Made by a program: the position numbers and the translations under genes. A model generated the notes under the pieces. That model ran no database searches. It was given only the letters and a program-made list of their open reading frames with translations, and was not told the origin of the DNA. A stretch of DNA of 62,948 nucleotides, counting the filler, from Reticulomyxa filosa (taxonomy: Eukaryota > Protista > Foraminifera), in NCBI GenBank assembly GCA_000512085.1. It is 21 parts of 21 records of this genome, joined end to end, with 100 filler letters (N's around TTAATTAATTAA, not from the genome) between each part and the next. Parts side by side here need not be neighbours in the genome. Positions count along the whole stretch, not along the records: positions 22,093 to 26,581 come from ASPP01008909.1; positions 26,682 to 28,927 come from ASPP01007876.1; positions 29,028 to 30,448 come from ASPP01026281.1; positions 30,549 to 32,564 come from ASPP01001598.1; positions 32,665 to 34,418 come from ASPP01027161.1; positions 34,519 to 36,740 come from ASPP01016680.1; 15 more parts are not named here. The stretch is one strand, 5' to 3'. Shown here in pieces: positions 24,459 to 36,840 of the stretch. Position 1 is the stretch's first letter. Every line of letters begins with the position of its first letter.

Positions 24459-26581
24459 TTATTGCCCAGAAAATTGATGTTCAAAATCAGGCCCTTCGCG
24501 AATCCAGATGGGCCCAAAAGGTTCTGTTTGCGATACGTCAATTATATTTGCTGTTTTCAACACTGTTGCACGAACAAAAATTTATGTTTAAGCGGTACAC
24601 ATTCCCAAAATTAAAAAAAAGTATTTTTACAACATGGTACCTAATGTTTGCATAAAGCCCAGAGCGACATCTCTTCGGCGCAATGCAGTTTGGCTATCTT
24701 CCGAGCCTTCTTTCAATACATCTTCCAAATTTACTCTCATCTCCTGGTTTGGATCTTCTGTCTGTTTTTGTTTTTTTATCGTTTTTATGTTGAAACACGT
24801 TGATTTTCATTGTATCTTTTTTTGGCTGTCGTATGTTTGAATAGAGTGGTGTCATACGTGTATTCGGTTCAGTTTCCGTCTCACCAAACTGTTTTGTTCG
24901 TTTGTTTTTGTTTAAAAGAGTGTATGTATTTCTTCTTATTATTATTTTAAAACAGCACAAAGAATTTGGCAACAACTACATAGCAACACAACAAAACTCT
25001 CGGAAAACCGCGCTAAGAGCAGAGAGATTTGATGGCACAGCTAGAGATTCACTGCTGCTCACGACAGCAGGTTCTCTGTCTTCACCCGAAAGCGCAGAAA
25101 GTCCATCGACACTTGTTGTCAGCCTTCTTCGTTTTTGTGGTGGTTCCTTTGCTTTCATTGTAATATAAGTTGGAAAGAAAAAAGTCGATTAAAAGTCACC
25201 CAATTTTTTTTTAATGTGTAATACGAAAAGGGGAAAAAAAAAAAGCACACAAACCTTCCGATACACGACTTTTTTCTTCTTCGGTAAGGCCCAAGTCATG
25301 TCCCGCCAAAAGGCCGGCATCTGGTCCCATAAAGAAAGGAGCAGGTTCTTCCATTTCCATCATTCCAACCCCCCTTGCAAACTCCACCTCTTCCACGCGC
25401 TTTTTCTCCTCTTCTGAAACTCTTTCCGCAAGTTGTCCCGACAGCTCCATTCGATACGACTCGGCCAACAGTTCTTGCAATCTGTCACCAAATCGGTTGG
25501 ACGTTGGTGTTTCGAACAACCTTTTTGACTCTTCCAACGTCAGTGGACGCTCACCACAATGTGGCTATTTATTCACACAGCACCCAATTTTTTTTTTTTT
25601 TTTTTTTGCAAATTTCTCTAACAAAGTGAAGTATGACGGAAAAAAAAAACTTTGAAAGGCCTCGCTGGTAACAAATAATCCCTCCATTCTTCGCTGTTAA
25701 CAATAAATTGGTCCTCTTCTCTTTCAAACTCAATAAATTTGTCATATCCAAATTTTCTTTTCTTTTTTGGAACTACAACGCCTCGACGAACTTCAGCTTC
25801 TTTTTCTTCCATTTCGACTTCTTCAGGAGTCGAGGCACTTGCAACTGGGGTTGGGATCTGTACCTCTTCCCTTATTATCGCTTGTGGAGGAACGATTTGT
25901 GGTAATTGTTCCAGTTCGGGAACACTTGGGATACTTGCAGATACCGTTCCTTTATCTCCTTCCCCTTTTGATGCTAGTCCTGTTTCCTTTTTAAAAAAAA
26001 TTGAAAAGTGTCACCCAATCAAAAAGTTGGAAGAACAGTGATATTTGCGACCAATCAAAAAAGTGAATGGTTATAAATATAAACTTGCACTATATATAAC
26101 GCCACACACACACAAAAACATATATAACTGCTTCGGATGCAGATTTTGGATGAGGTACTGGTATTTCCAAAGGGATATCCAAATCAATTTCTGTTTTTTC
26201 TTCGGCAATTGGTAGATGTGTTCCAATAGCCCAATCCATTTCTTCCGGTGCAATGCTGGATCCCTCAAGTCCTTCTTCCAGTTCCATGTCCTCTTCTCGT
26301 CCTCGCAAAGCACTTGGCATGACCAAATCGGCAACATCCAGTTCTAATGGTACCAAATCTACTACCTTCATATTGTCACGTATCACAACCACAAAAAAAG
26401 AGGCATGTGTTGCTCGAACAACAGTCATTTAAAAAAAAAAAAAAAGATAAAAAGAGAGGGACAATCGGTAGAGAGAAGCAAAATAAGATAAAAATTAATA
26501 AAATAATGGAAATAACTTCTGGTAATTCAATGTCTCTCAACTCAAAGTCTTCTGCTGGATGCATAGTAATTTGTTCGTCAC
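24459..26581 (-). CDS. RAD21: Cohesin alpha-kleisin (RAD21/REC8 family), C-terminal part
   Basis: Spliced C-terminus RRRDVALGFMQTLVLKTANIIDVSQTEPFGPIWIREGPDF is the Rad21/Rec8 winged-helix motif; central PKKKRKFGYD and RLFETPTSNRFGDRLQELL match the Rad21 middle region; acidic linker. Confidence 0.85.
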
Positions 26582-26681
26582 NNNNNNNNNNNNNNNNNNN
26601 NNNNNNNNNNNNNNNNNNNNNNNNNTTAATTAATTAANNNNNNNNNNNNNNNNNNNNNNNNNNNNNNNNNNNNNNNNNNNN

Positions 26682-27201
26682 TAATAATAATAATAATAAT
26701 AATGTTCCAATGGACAAGCTTCATGCTGGTTTAAAATCACATCCTCTCATAGCCACTTTACCTCCCGTTATAGTGCCCAACGATATTCATGTATGCAGTG
26801 ACACTCACGAATCATCTTTAAAGACTAATGCCAAATTGGGACTGATACCATCCACAGAGTTTGTTTTTTTTTTTTGATGAATCATCTTTTTTTTTTTTTT
26901 TGGTATGTATGCATGCGTGTGTGTGGGGGGAAATAGAGTAATTAAGTCGAAAAATGAAAAAATAAACGCGCACTATTTTCAACGGCAAGCGGGGATATAC
27001 AAGCGAGAAGACCATTCCAACAGAGAGGCAGACTGTCAAAAGGCGAGATTGAAGAACAACAGAGCGAATGATACAACGAACAATGAGATTGAAAGTGAAG
27101 AAGATGAAGATGAAAAGGATGAACGGGGCAAGAGTGACAAGACAGAGATGGACGATGCCACTTGGGTCAATGGCAAGAAGAAGAAAGAGAAATATCAAAA
27201 C

Positions 27202-27244
<43 letters not shown>

Positions 27245-28878
27245 TTAATAATAACATTAATAATGACTACACAAATAAAACTCGCTTTGAATGGGAAATC
27301 GAAAAGGAGAAACTGAAAATGCAAAAAGAAATGTTAGAAGAGAAATGGAAGGAGGAAAGACAAAAAAACGATCAATTGCTCTTACAAATGAGCGAGCAAA
27401 CCGAGTTGATAAAAATGATGCAACTGAAGATTGACTATTTGATTTCAAAGGACAAGACCAACGAGGAAAAGGAAAAAGAAAAAAAACCAATGTTTGGACA
27501 GCAATCGTGTGTAACGAGCAGTGAGAGTGCAGACGTACAGGCGACAACGATTACCCCGACGATTGACAGCAAGATGAAAGAGCGTTTGCATCTCGAAGCG
27601 AACAACAAAAGCCAAAGTCAAAGCCATTCTCGATCGCAATCGTTGGACGACCGAGTGGAACACAAAAGCCATGAAGACGACATGGAAAGCGTGGAGAGTA
27701 TCACCATTGGGATCTCTGGTTCCAAGTCCAAATTGGAGGAAAATGGACATCAGCCAAAACAGCAACGCAAATATCATAATGACTTGGCCAGCCCGGTTGG
27801 TGTGGCACACTTTACAAAGGCAATGACGACGACAACAGAGAAGCATTTCTGTAAAGGCCACGCATACAACCCATTTCAAACGACAATACGCAATCCAAAG
27901 CCCATACCTTTAATTTTGTCGACGTTTGCTATAAATGCATGTGACCCTCACGCGCACAAAAGGAACAATAGCAGCGGTAGTGAGGACAGCAATCGCAGCA
28001 GGAGTTTCAGTTCAATCGATGATAGTATCACAGCAAAGTATAATCACAACAGCAGAGCCTTGCCTGCATTACCTGTATTACCTGTATTACCTGTATTACC
28101 TGTATTACCTTCATTACCTGCATTACCTCCATTGCAAAAGCAAAAGCAAAAACAAATTGAAAAGAAAACAAATATGAATGACAACTCTCCTTCTCACAAG
28201 CAAAAACAAAAACAAAATCAAAATCGAAGTTATGATCGTGATAACAATCGAAAGACAGACAAAGCAATAACAACTCGCAAAGCGCAGACAGCGAAAGAGA
28301 TACTATCGGGATACACGACACGCGTAAACAACTGGCTGGCAAACCACGTATCCTCTCAAAGCGAATCACAGACCTTGTGGAAGATGGTGTGGCTGGGCAA
28401 CAAGTGGCAGTGCTTGACTCAAATGAACAAGTTCATGGTCGAGCTGCTATGCAGTGGGAACTATTTGTGCGACGTAGCACATTTAGTCAAGCAGCTGCAG
28501 CATTTCCAAACCATTGATCAAATGTTTTCCTCTCTTTCTTCTTCCTCTTCCTCGCCCTCCTCTCCTTTTTTCTTGTCTTCAGCCTCGTCTGGTTCCTTGA
28601 CGTGGAAAGATATTGCTCTCGAAATCCCCACTCTTCATCTAGTCTTGCAATCCTTGATGCAGCCGACGCTTCCCTTTGCCTTCCCTTCCACTCTCATCTC
28701 CACTTCGCTCCAGATGACAGCGGCGAAGTCGCATCTCCGCTGCTCTCGTCTCACCTCGCTCTTGCGCGACTGCGCATTGCTTGGGTCGATCCAGGAGAGG
28801 CAATTGAGCGAACACCGCGAGATCTGTTGGGGTTGGGATTGTCACAAAATGTATCAATATGAAACCACACTTGCAAGT

Positions 28879-28911
<33 letters not shown>

Positions 28912-28927
28912 AACAATAACAATCATG
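26682..28927 (+). CDS. Large low-complexity hypothetical protein (coiled coil, poly-N, PVL repeat); partial
   Basis: About 660 open codons from 26935, plus a short upstream exon ending GTATGC; 9-bp repeat TTACCTGTA at about 28060-28130. Confidence 0.6.
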
Positions 28928-29027
28928 NNNNNNNNNNNNNNNNNNNNNNNNNNNNNNNNNNNNNNNNNNNNTTAATTAATTAANNNNNNNNNNNNNNNNN
29001 NNNNNNNNNNNNNNNNNNNNNNNNNNN

Positions 29028-30448
29028 GGATGATAATGAAAAAAAAAAAAGTAAGTATCGCTTTGAATTTGTTTTTTTTAAAAAAAATAACTAGTCTGAT
29101 GATTTTGTTGAATTCGGCTATAGAAACGTTTTTTATCCATCGAAACGCGCAAAGTCGCCACTTGCGAACGTGGATAACTTCACATGCTAACGAACAATGG
29201 AAAATTGGTCGTAATCGAAATGGCAATCTAATTTTACAAACAAATGACAACAATCAAAACTATCTGTGTGCGTGCGCACATGCGCAAATTTTGGATTTTA
29301 AATCATACACGTGCTAATGGGAGGAATGGTAAGCTCGAAGGTGACATTGATAATTGATAATTTGTGGATAGAAAAAGAGATAGAGAGCTTATTGCATTGT
29401 TTGTGGACAAAGCTATCTTTAACAAACTGCCTCCAATATTGAGATTTGTTGAATATGGTTATACACTAGCTATTCACGCCTGCGAGTGGAGCCTTCGTGT
29501 TCCAGTCATACAATACTTTCTCATAGAACGCCAGTCAAAGATAAATGTGTGGTAGTGTGCGTGCGCACATTGGCGACTTTGGTTTTTTAATCTGAGTACG
29601 CTGCTGATGTGAGAAATTGTTGGTGCTGCTAGAGACGAAAGCAAGTTCGCCAAGAAGAAAAAAAAAAAGACTGTTATATCGTGCAAAGTGGTGGAGAAGT
29701 TGTGGCGAAACTCCATCAAAACACCAGCCAGCAAGAAAATGAAGATTCCGAGGATGATGATAAAAAAAAAAATTCAAAAGTTACATCGTGTTGAATTTGT
29801 TTCTTTTTTAAAAAAAACAACTGTCGGTCGGCTTTTAACTTTTGTTATAGGAATTATCCTTCGTTTCTGAAAACGCGCAAAGTCGCCACTCGCGGGCGCG
29901 AACTAACGTCCAATAGTGTGTTCCAATGGAAAACTCAGAACAAGTGTGGCAATACATAGCGTTGGCAACCCGAAGCATTGGAAACAATTTGGTGATAGTC
30001 AACGTCAGCACACAAGTTTCTACAAATAATTGTTGACTTGCAAATCGCCAAAGATGACGCCCCAACTGCGATCTACCGGCGCCAAAAAAACGAGTGAAAA
30101 TCAATTGTTATGGAAATGGCGTTTTTTTTTTTAGCGCAAAAAAAAAAAAAGAAAATAGAAATTTGGTCGTATGCGTGCGCACATTCGCAACTTTGGAGTT
30201 TGGATAGTGCATATTGAAACTTTGGAAATACCCGCGCAAACTGTGTCTCTTATTACAAAAAGCGATGATGTTTCAAGTAGAAAGTCCATCAGCTATATCG
30301 TAGATAAGATTTTCACAGATCAATCCCGGACAATCGAGATCTTGGTGCCACCAGACGAAAAAAAAAAAGAGGTGGTAATACGTGCAAAGTAGAAACAATA
30401 CGGCATTGTAGTGTCACAACGGCGACAGAAGAATTGGAAGGCGAGGAC
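29028..30448 (+). repeat. Diverged ~720-bp tandem duplication, probably a decayed gene segment
   Basis: Colinear shared blocks offset by about 720 nt: GGATGAT..A-run, GAATTTGTTT..AAAAAAA.AACT, AAACGCGCAAAGTCGCCACT (29143/29871), CAATGGAAAA, TTGGTGC..AGACGAAA, CGTGCAAAGT. Confidence 0.7.
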
Positions 30449-30548
30449 NNNNNNNNNNNNNNNNNNNNNNNNNNNNNNNNNNNNNNNNNNNNTTAATTAA
30501 TTAANNNNNNNNNNNNNNNNNNNNNNNNNNNNNNNNNNNNNNNNNNNN

Positions 30549-31980
30549 TTTGAAAAATTCAAAAAAGATATTCAATTAAAAATTAATGAAGGGAAAAAAG
30601 AAAATAATTACAGTCAATCACATAAAATGGTAAGTTTTATTCCAATTTATAAAAAGTTGATTGTCTTCAAGTGTTTATTGTATTTATTGTATGTGGCTTG
30701 TGATCGAATTAGTCAGAGGAAAACAAGATTCAAATCATTGTCCAGCATTGGATTCGAATATTAAAAATTAAATTGGGATGGATAAATGATCTAGATAGAC
30801 TAGTTGTCAATTATGTTACGTTCTCTTTTATTTTTATCTTTCATTTAATTTAAATAAAAATAAAAAATATATTTGTAATTTTTTATCATCACTGTTAATA
30901 TAGGCAACCAACTTCTTTATGTTTGACAAATTTCGCTCGTCATCCAAATTAATCAATACATTCACTGGACATACAGACGTTGTGTGGAGTATTGATTATT
31001 CAATATTTGATTATCGTCAATTGATTTGTTCTGGATCAAATGATCAAACAGTCCGTGTATGGGATGTTGATAACAACAAACAAATTCAATCATTCAATGG
31101 ACATTCAAGTAATGTAAGGTGTGTAAAATTTTCATCATATCATTATCATAATCATCGTCAAAATGTCATTTGTTCTTCAGCAGATGACAAAACCATTCGT
31201 TTTTGGGATTTTAAAAATAATAAGCAGTTAAAAATATTCAATGGACATACTTTAAGTGTTTATAGTATTGAATTTTCACCATTCAATGATGGTAGATATT
31301 TGTGTTCTGGATCTGGTGATAAAACAATTCGTTTATGGGATGTTGAAACATCAAAACAATTACATGTTTTCAATGGACATGAAAACACTATTTATTGCGT
31401 TGATATTTCACCATTACAAAGCAATAATAACAATAATAATAAAATGAACGATATTGGTGTGATTGGTGGAAATGGATATACAATTTGTTCTGGATCATTT
31501 GATAATACAATTCGAATATGGGATATTGAAACAACCAAACAATTCAATGTATTCAAAGGACATACAAATTATGTGAATAGTGTAAAACACGGATCAAATG
31601 AGTTAGTGAATACAATATTATCTGGATCAGGTGATGATAGTGTTCGTATGTGGGATATTCGATCTGGTGAACAAATTCAAGTGTTCAATGGACATACAAA
31701 GACTGTATGGTCTGTTGAATACTCACCACTTGTAATAAGGAGTAGTAGTGGTAGTTCGAATGTGATATGTTCTGGATCAGGTGATAATACAATTCGATTT
31801 TGGGATATTCGATCAAATAAGAATCAATTGTGTGTGATCAAAGGAGATGAGAAAGAAAATTACGGAATACGATGCCTTAAATTTATTATATTGAAAAAGA
31901 AAGATGAGACAAATGATGCTACATATAATTTGAATTTGTGTTATGGTTCACGCAAAGGTCCCATTCGTATTTGGGGATGA
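30549..31980 (+). CDS. WD40-repeat protein of the expanded family; 5' end missing
   Basis: Exons 30549-30628, 30713-30814, 30904-31980; about 7 GH..WD repeats; ends LCYGSRKGPIRIWG. Confidence 0.92.
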
Positions 31981-32664
31981 TTTACTGTTTTGTCGAATAA
32001 GAAATGAAAGTGGTTTTTTTTGAAAATTTTGAGGCGTTTTAACCCTTTTGAAAAAACAAAAGAATAACAAAAATGTTATTTTACATTAACATTGTTTTGT
32101 TTGATTAATAAAATAAAAAAAGTCACATTTTTAATATCCATTATGTACTATTAAATGGGATTTATATATACAACCAAAACAATCTAAAAGAAATTTACCA
32201 AAATGTTATTTTCAACATTGTTAAAATCCACAACTAAGACTCAAAATCATATCTGTTTTATACTAAAAAAACTAATAAGTTTGTCAAAATGATTTGATTG
32301 TAGCAAATTTCTTCAGTATTGTCATCAAGATATAACTCTGTCAATATATGTGAGCAATATATTTGCAATTTCTTTATTAGACGATCATTTTGTATACTTG
32401 TGATATGAATGTTAAAATGGACAAGTAATAATCAAAAAATTATTAATTCATTAATGCAGAGCCAGTTATAAATATAAGGAATTTGAATGCCAGTTCAACA
32501 AATTGTTTTTTTCAAACATGTCAAATATAAACAGATTTAATATTCATATATTTTGTATGAACAANNNNNNNNNNNNNNNNNNNNNNNNNNNNNNNNNNNN
32601 NNNNNNNNTTAATTAATTAANNNNNNNNNNNNNNNNNNNNNNNNNNNNNNNNNNNNNNNNNNNN

Positions 32665-34418
32665 ATTCAAAACAACCTATTCCTGTTTACATTTCATTTC
32701 CAAAAGTTTATACTCAACAAAATGAAAAAGATATTATTTTACAAGCATTAAAAAGTAAACGCATTAATAAAGAAATTATGGATGCAATTTGTGAAAAAGT
32801 ATCGTTTGTATTTATTATGGATGGATTTGATGAAATATTTGATAAATATAAGCAAAATAATAATGATAAATATTTTTATAATCGTTTTCATTTAAATCAA
32901 TGGAATGCAGATGTTATTGTCACTTGTCGAAGCAATTTATTAAATGATGATGATATTAATACTACTTTAATTGGTGTAAACAAAAATCAAAGTACAGTAA
33001 CCTCAATGATGTACTTGTGGCCATTTACGAGACAACAAATACATTACTATATTGATAACTTTGCAACGATGAAATCAAAAAATAACATTAAAAATAAAAA
33101 TAATGATTGGACAGCCAAACAATACGAGGAGAGATTAAACAATTATCCTACTTTACAGAAAATGGCAGAAGAACCATTTCTTCTTCAATTTATTTTAAGT
33201 GTATTACCATCACTAGTAAAGCAATATGGTATAGGAAGTAGAATTTCAAAAGCACAAGTATATGAAGTATTTAATGATCAATGGATTGACATTCACGCTC
33301 AAGATATAAAATTGAGCTTAGAAAAGTTACGAATTCAAATGAATATGAATAAGATCAAATCAACATTGAATCAATATTGTCTCGATTTAGGTTTAGATAT
33401 GTTTATTGAAGGAAACTCAATTGCAGTTGAATCAGATTTTCAAAATGAAAATAAAGATGAAATTATTTGGAATAAATTAGAGCCAAAAATAGAAAGTGAA
33501 AATAAAAATAATATCGTAGATGAAAAAAGTGAAACAAAGACAATAAATGAAACTACTGATAGTTTAGTTGTAAAAACCCAAGATGTTTGGGAAAAATATT
33601 TCAATGGCAATAACATTGCTAAATGTGTGTTAAGAAGAGTCGGTGAGAACAAATATCAATTTTTACATAAATCTTGCCAAACATATTATGCTGCACAAAA
33701 AATTATATTTGATATCATTTCATGGAAATCCAATGTTATTAGTGACATTAATAATCAACAATTTCAACAACAATTTGAACCACATGCCCAACAACTTCTT
33801 ATTAATCGTAAATTATTAAATGAAGAAATGGAAATTGTTCAATTTATTGCAGATAGAATTTATGATGATAATTTTATATTTGCAAATTTAAAATCAAGGT
33901 TATTTCGAATCATTGAATCATCCAAAAGTAACTCCAAAGTGTCCATTGCAGCAGCAAATGCAGCAACAATACTCAACGTAGCAAGAGTCAGCATGAGTCA
34001 TCAAAATTGGGATAAGATAAATATACCACATGCCATTCTAGATCATGCTTTCCTTGAAGGATCAAGTTTCAAAGATGCTATTTTAGATAACGTGAGCTTC
34101 TTCAGAGCTTGTCTCAATTATACTAATTTCACAAACGCGTCAGTAAATCAGGTCAATTTTGGTGAATACGGCAATCTCAAGGGCCATTCAGATGCTGTTA
34201 CTTCTGTTCAATTTTCACCTGATGGTAACAGAATTGTATCTGGTTCAAGAGATAATACAATTCGATTGTGGGATGCATCATCTGGAAAACAAATTCAATG
34301 TTTAAAAGGTCATTCAGATGCTGTTACTTTTGTTCAATTTTCACCCGATGGTAACAGAATTGTATCTGGTTCATGTGATAACACCATTCAATTGTGGGAT
34401 GCATCATCTGGAAAACAA
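32665..34418 (+). CDS. NACHT NTPase - pentapeptide repeat - WD40 protein (NLR-like); partial
   Basis: Walker B FVFIMDGFDEI, VIVTCRS, EPFLLQF, YQFLHKSCQTYYAA, AAANAATIL, pentapeptide run ending VNFGE, then WD40 repeats. Confidence 0.88.
34177..34418 (+). repeat. Near-identical 126-bp WD40 tandem repeats
   Basis: LKGHSDAVTxVQFSPDGNRIVSGSxDNTIxLWDASSGKQ twice, with few nucleotide differences; contig breaks inside the array. Confidence 0.9.
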
Positions 34419-34518
34419 NNNNNNNNNNNNNNNNNNNNNNNNNNNNNNNNNNNNNNNNNNNNTTAATTAATTAANNNNNNNNNNNNNNNNNNNNNNNNNN
34501 NNNNNNNNNNNNNNNNNN

Positions 34519-35459
34519 CCCCCCCTCTCCTTCCGTTTCCTGTTGTACCTCCTAAAAAGCCTTTGACATTGAATTGCACTCCTTTGATTTGTTCCATGAC
34601 AGCACTTCCGATATCGCGATAGGGAGCACCATGTTGCACTTCACCAAAGCCAAGGACTTGCGCGTCGCAGGGCGCGATGAGAGAATGCACACTAATTTCT
34701 CGTTGCTGATGCAATGGACGAATGAAAAACTGTTTCATCGTCGTAAAGTGCTCAATGTCAGGTTGGAACTCGTCCCAATTAACATTGTAAATCGTTCCGT
34801 ACGTCTTGTAAATGAACTTCCGTAACCATAAAAAAGGGATGTCCACATCCATTAGAGCCTTCACCGCACGCGATATTGTACGGTGAGGGAAATATGCTCC
34901 ATACCACGTCGCGTAGAGTGGAATTGAGTGATCGGATAATTCTTTCTCCGCTATTGTCCAACGCTGTTCAAACATTACATATTTATAAATATAGTATACA
35001 TATATGTAATGTATACATATATACATATATATACATATATATATTTATAATATGCAAAGGTTACATAGATGCTTTTCTTTAATAACTGGCTTTGGTTCGG
35101 GTACTTGATATAAACTTTTCATATATTGATACAGCGCATATGTTGAAATTACGCCTGACAAGTAGTACAAGCCTCTGCGTATTGTTTGAGGCCATGATTG
35201 GACTGGGTTTAGTGCGTCCAAATATTCTCTCTCGTTTTTAAATCTCACAACTTCCTTCTCTGTTGTTGCAAGGGTCTGTCCTTTTTTTTTGTTTGATTTG
35301 TTTGAGGGTTTTTTTTTTTGCTTTTGTCCTTTTTTTTCCCGTTGGAGTTGCTGGTTGATGTTAAACTGATTGAGTCTGTGAACAAAATAATCTTGAACAC
35401 TTCCTATTCAAAATAGAGTAGCATCTTGATGAGGTAAAACGAGATCGTGGAATGCGCAT
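34519..35459 (-). CDS. PISD: Phosphatidylserine decarboxylase (mitochondrial type), N-terminal half
   Basis: PHRTISR..WLRKFIYKTY..YNVNWDE..FFIRPL..LIAPCDAQVLGFG..EQIKG; Arg/Ser-rich presequence-like start MRIPRSRFTSSR. Confidence 0.88.
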
Positions 35460-35756
35460 GTTTGATTATATATATATTTGACAGCAATAATTATTTTTTT
35501 TTTTCGAAGTGCTTGTGAGTTTTGCTCAACGTGAAAGTTTAAATAAAACAACAAATCAAGAGCTTGATATTTCGTTTACAGATTTAACGTATTATGGATT
35601 TAAAATTTATGTCTTTGAGAAATACATTTTTACAATTTTAAAACACTAATCTAGACAAGATATTGTTTGAAATGTTGTCTTTTAACAACTTGAAGCAGGT
35701 CTCGGGTGGGAAAAAAACTAGAGACAAGACATGTAGTAACGATAAAAATTGAAACC

Positions 35757-36674
35757 TCACATAAACAAGCATTTATTGCGAGCTCGTATTTTTTCAGGGA
35801 TCATTTCAGTCGTAATATTAACGGTTGCAACTTCTTCATTTTTTGAATTAAAAAGACGTGCAATTTCATCTTCTAAACCGTTCCAAACATTTTCTTGCCA
35901 CCACAGATCATCTTTTCCAACGTTCAAATCTCCATCATTCCCAACAATTATCTTAATTTTTTTGTCTAGAGTTGTAACAAAAAAAGGGTCAGCGTTAAAC
36001 TTGGGCTCTGCAATTCATTTTTTTTAAGATATTTAACTTGGCATGAGCACATGGTGATGAGGAAGAATGAATATCTTGGATTTATTTGAGTTGGTCAAAT
36101 AAAATCCTTTCAAATCAACGGGTTCTTCACTCACATTTTGTAGTTCGAGTGTTGAGCTGCACAAATCCATCCCAGAAAATTGGAGTGGGAAGGGATCACA
36201 AACTTGGAAAAAAGTTGATAATTTTACACGTGTAGGACTATAATCCGTTTCATTAATTTTTTTGCTATTAGTTTTGTCAAATTCAAAGCTCTTGCGCTTG
36301 TGACTGCTATTTGAAACAGAGGAAGATTTATTCGAAGAACTCTTATGCAAACCACTGTTTTGGTTGAAATTGTTTCTGTTTTGATTTTCGTCATTTTCGC
36401 CCAGATTTGAAGACTCCTCATAAACATTTTCATTTTTGCATATTACATTTGTTTCATTTTTTTTTTCAGTGTTTTTTGGAGTCGCACATTTGCTGTTACT
36501 ATTTACAACACGTGACAAGTCATTTTTTGCCGCTTGTCGGGCACGTGTTAAGCCAGGTGTGGTTACTGCAGTACGAGGTTTGTCATTGATGCTTACACGT
36601 TTCTTGCATCCAGAGTTTGTTTGAAAAAAACATTCTGCATCTTTTTCTGCTTCATTCAATATATCACGATATAG
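35757..36674 (-). CDS. Nuclear lamin-like protein, 3' two exons
   Basis: Exons 36674-36038 and 35965-35757: LYRDILNEAE (IF rod-end motif), basic NLS-like patches, lamin tail domain (LELQNVSEEPVDLKGFYL..DLWWQENVW..RLFNSKNEEVA), C-terminal CaaX CLFM-stop. Confidence 0.85.
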
Positions 36675-36840
36675 CTAACATTTCAATTGTTCACCCAAGC
36701 ACAATATCATGCACGTATACTCCAATCCAAAAAAAAAAAANNNNNNNNNNNNNNNNNNNNNNNNNNNNNNNNNNNNNNNNNNNNTTAATTAATTAANNNN
36801 NNNNNNNNNNNNNNNNNNNNNNNNNNNNNNNNNNNNNNNN

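Noticed and set aside
35749-36027. Plus-strand 92-aa ORF
   Set aside because: Antisense to the lamin terminal exon, which carries the conserved motifs.
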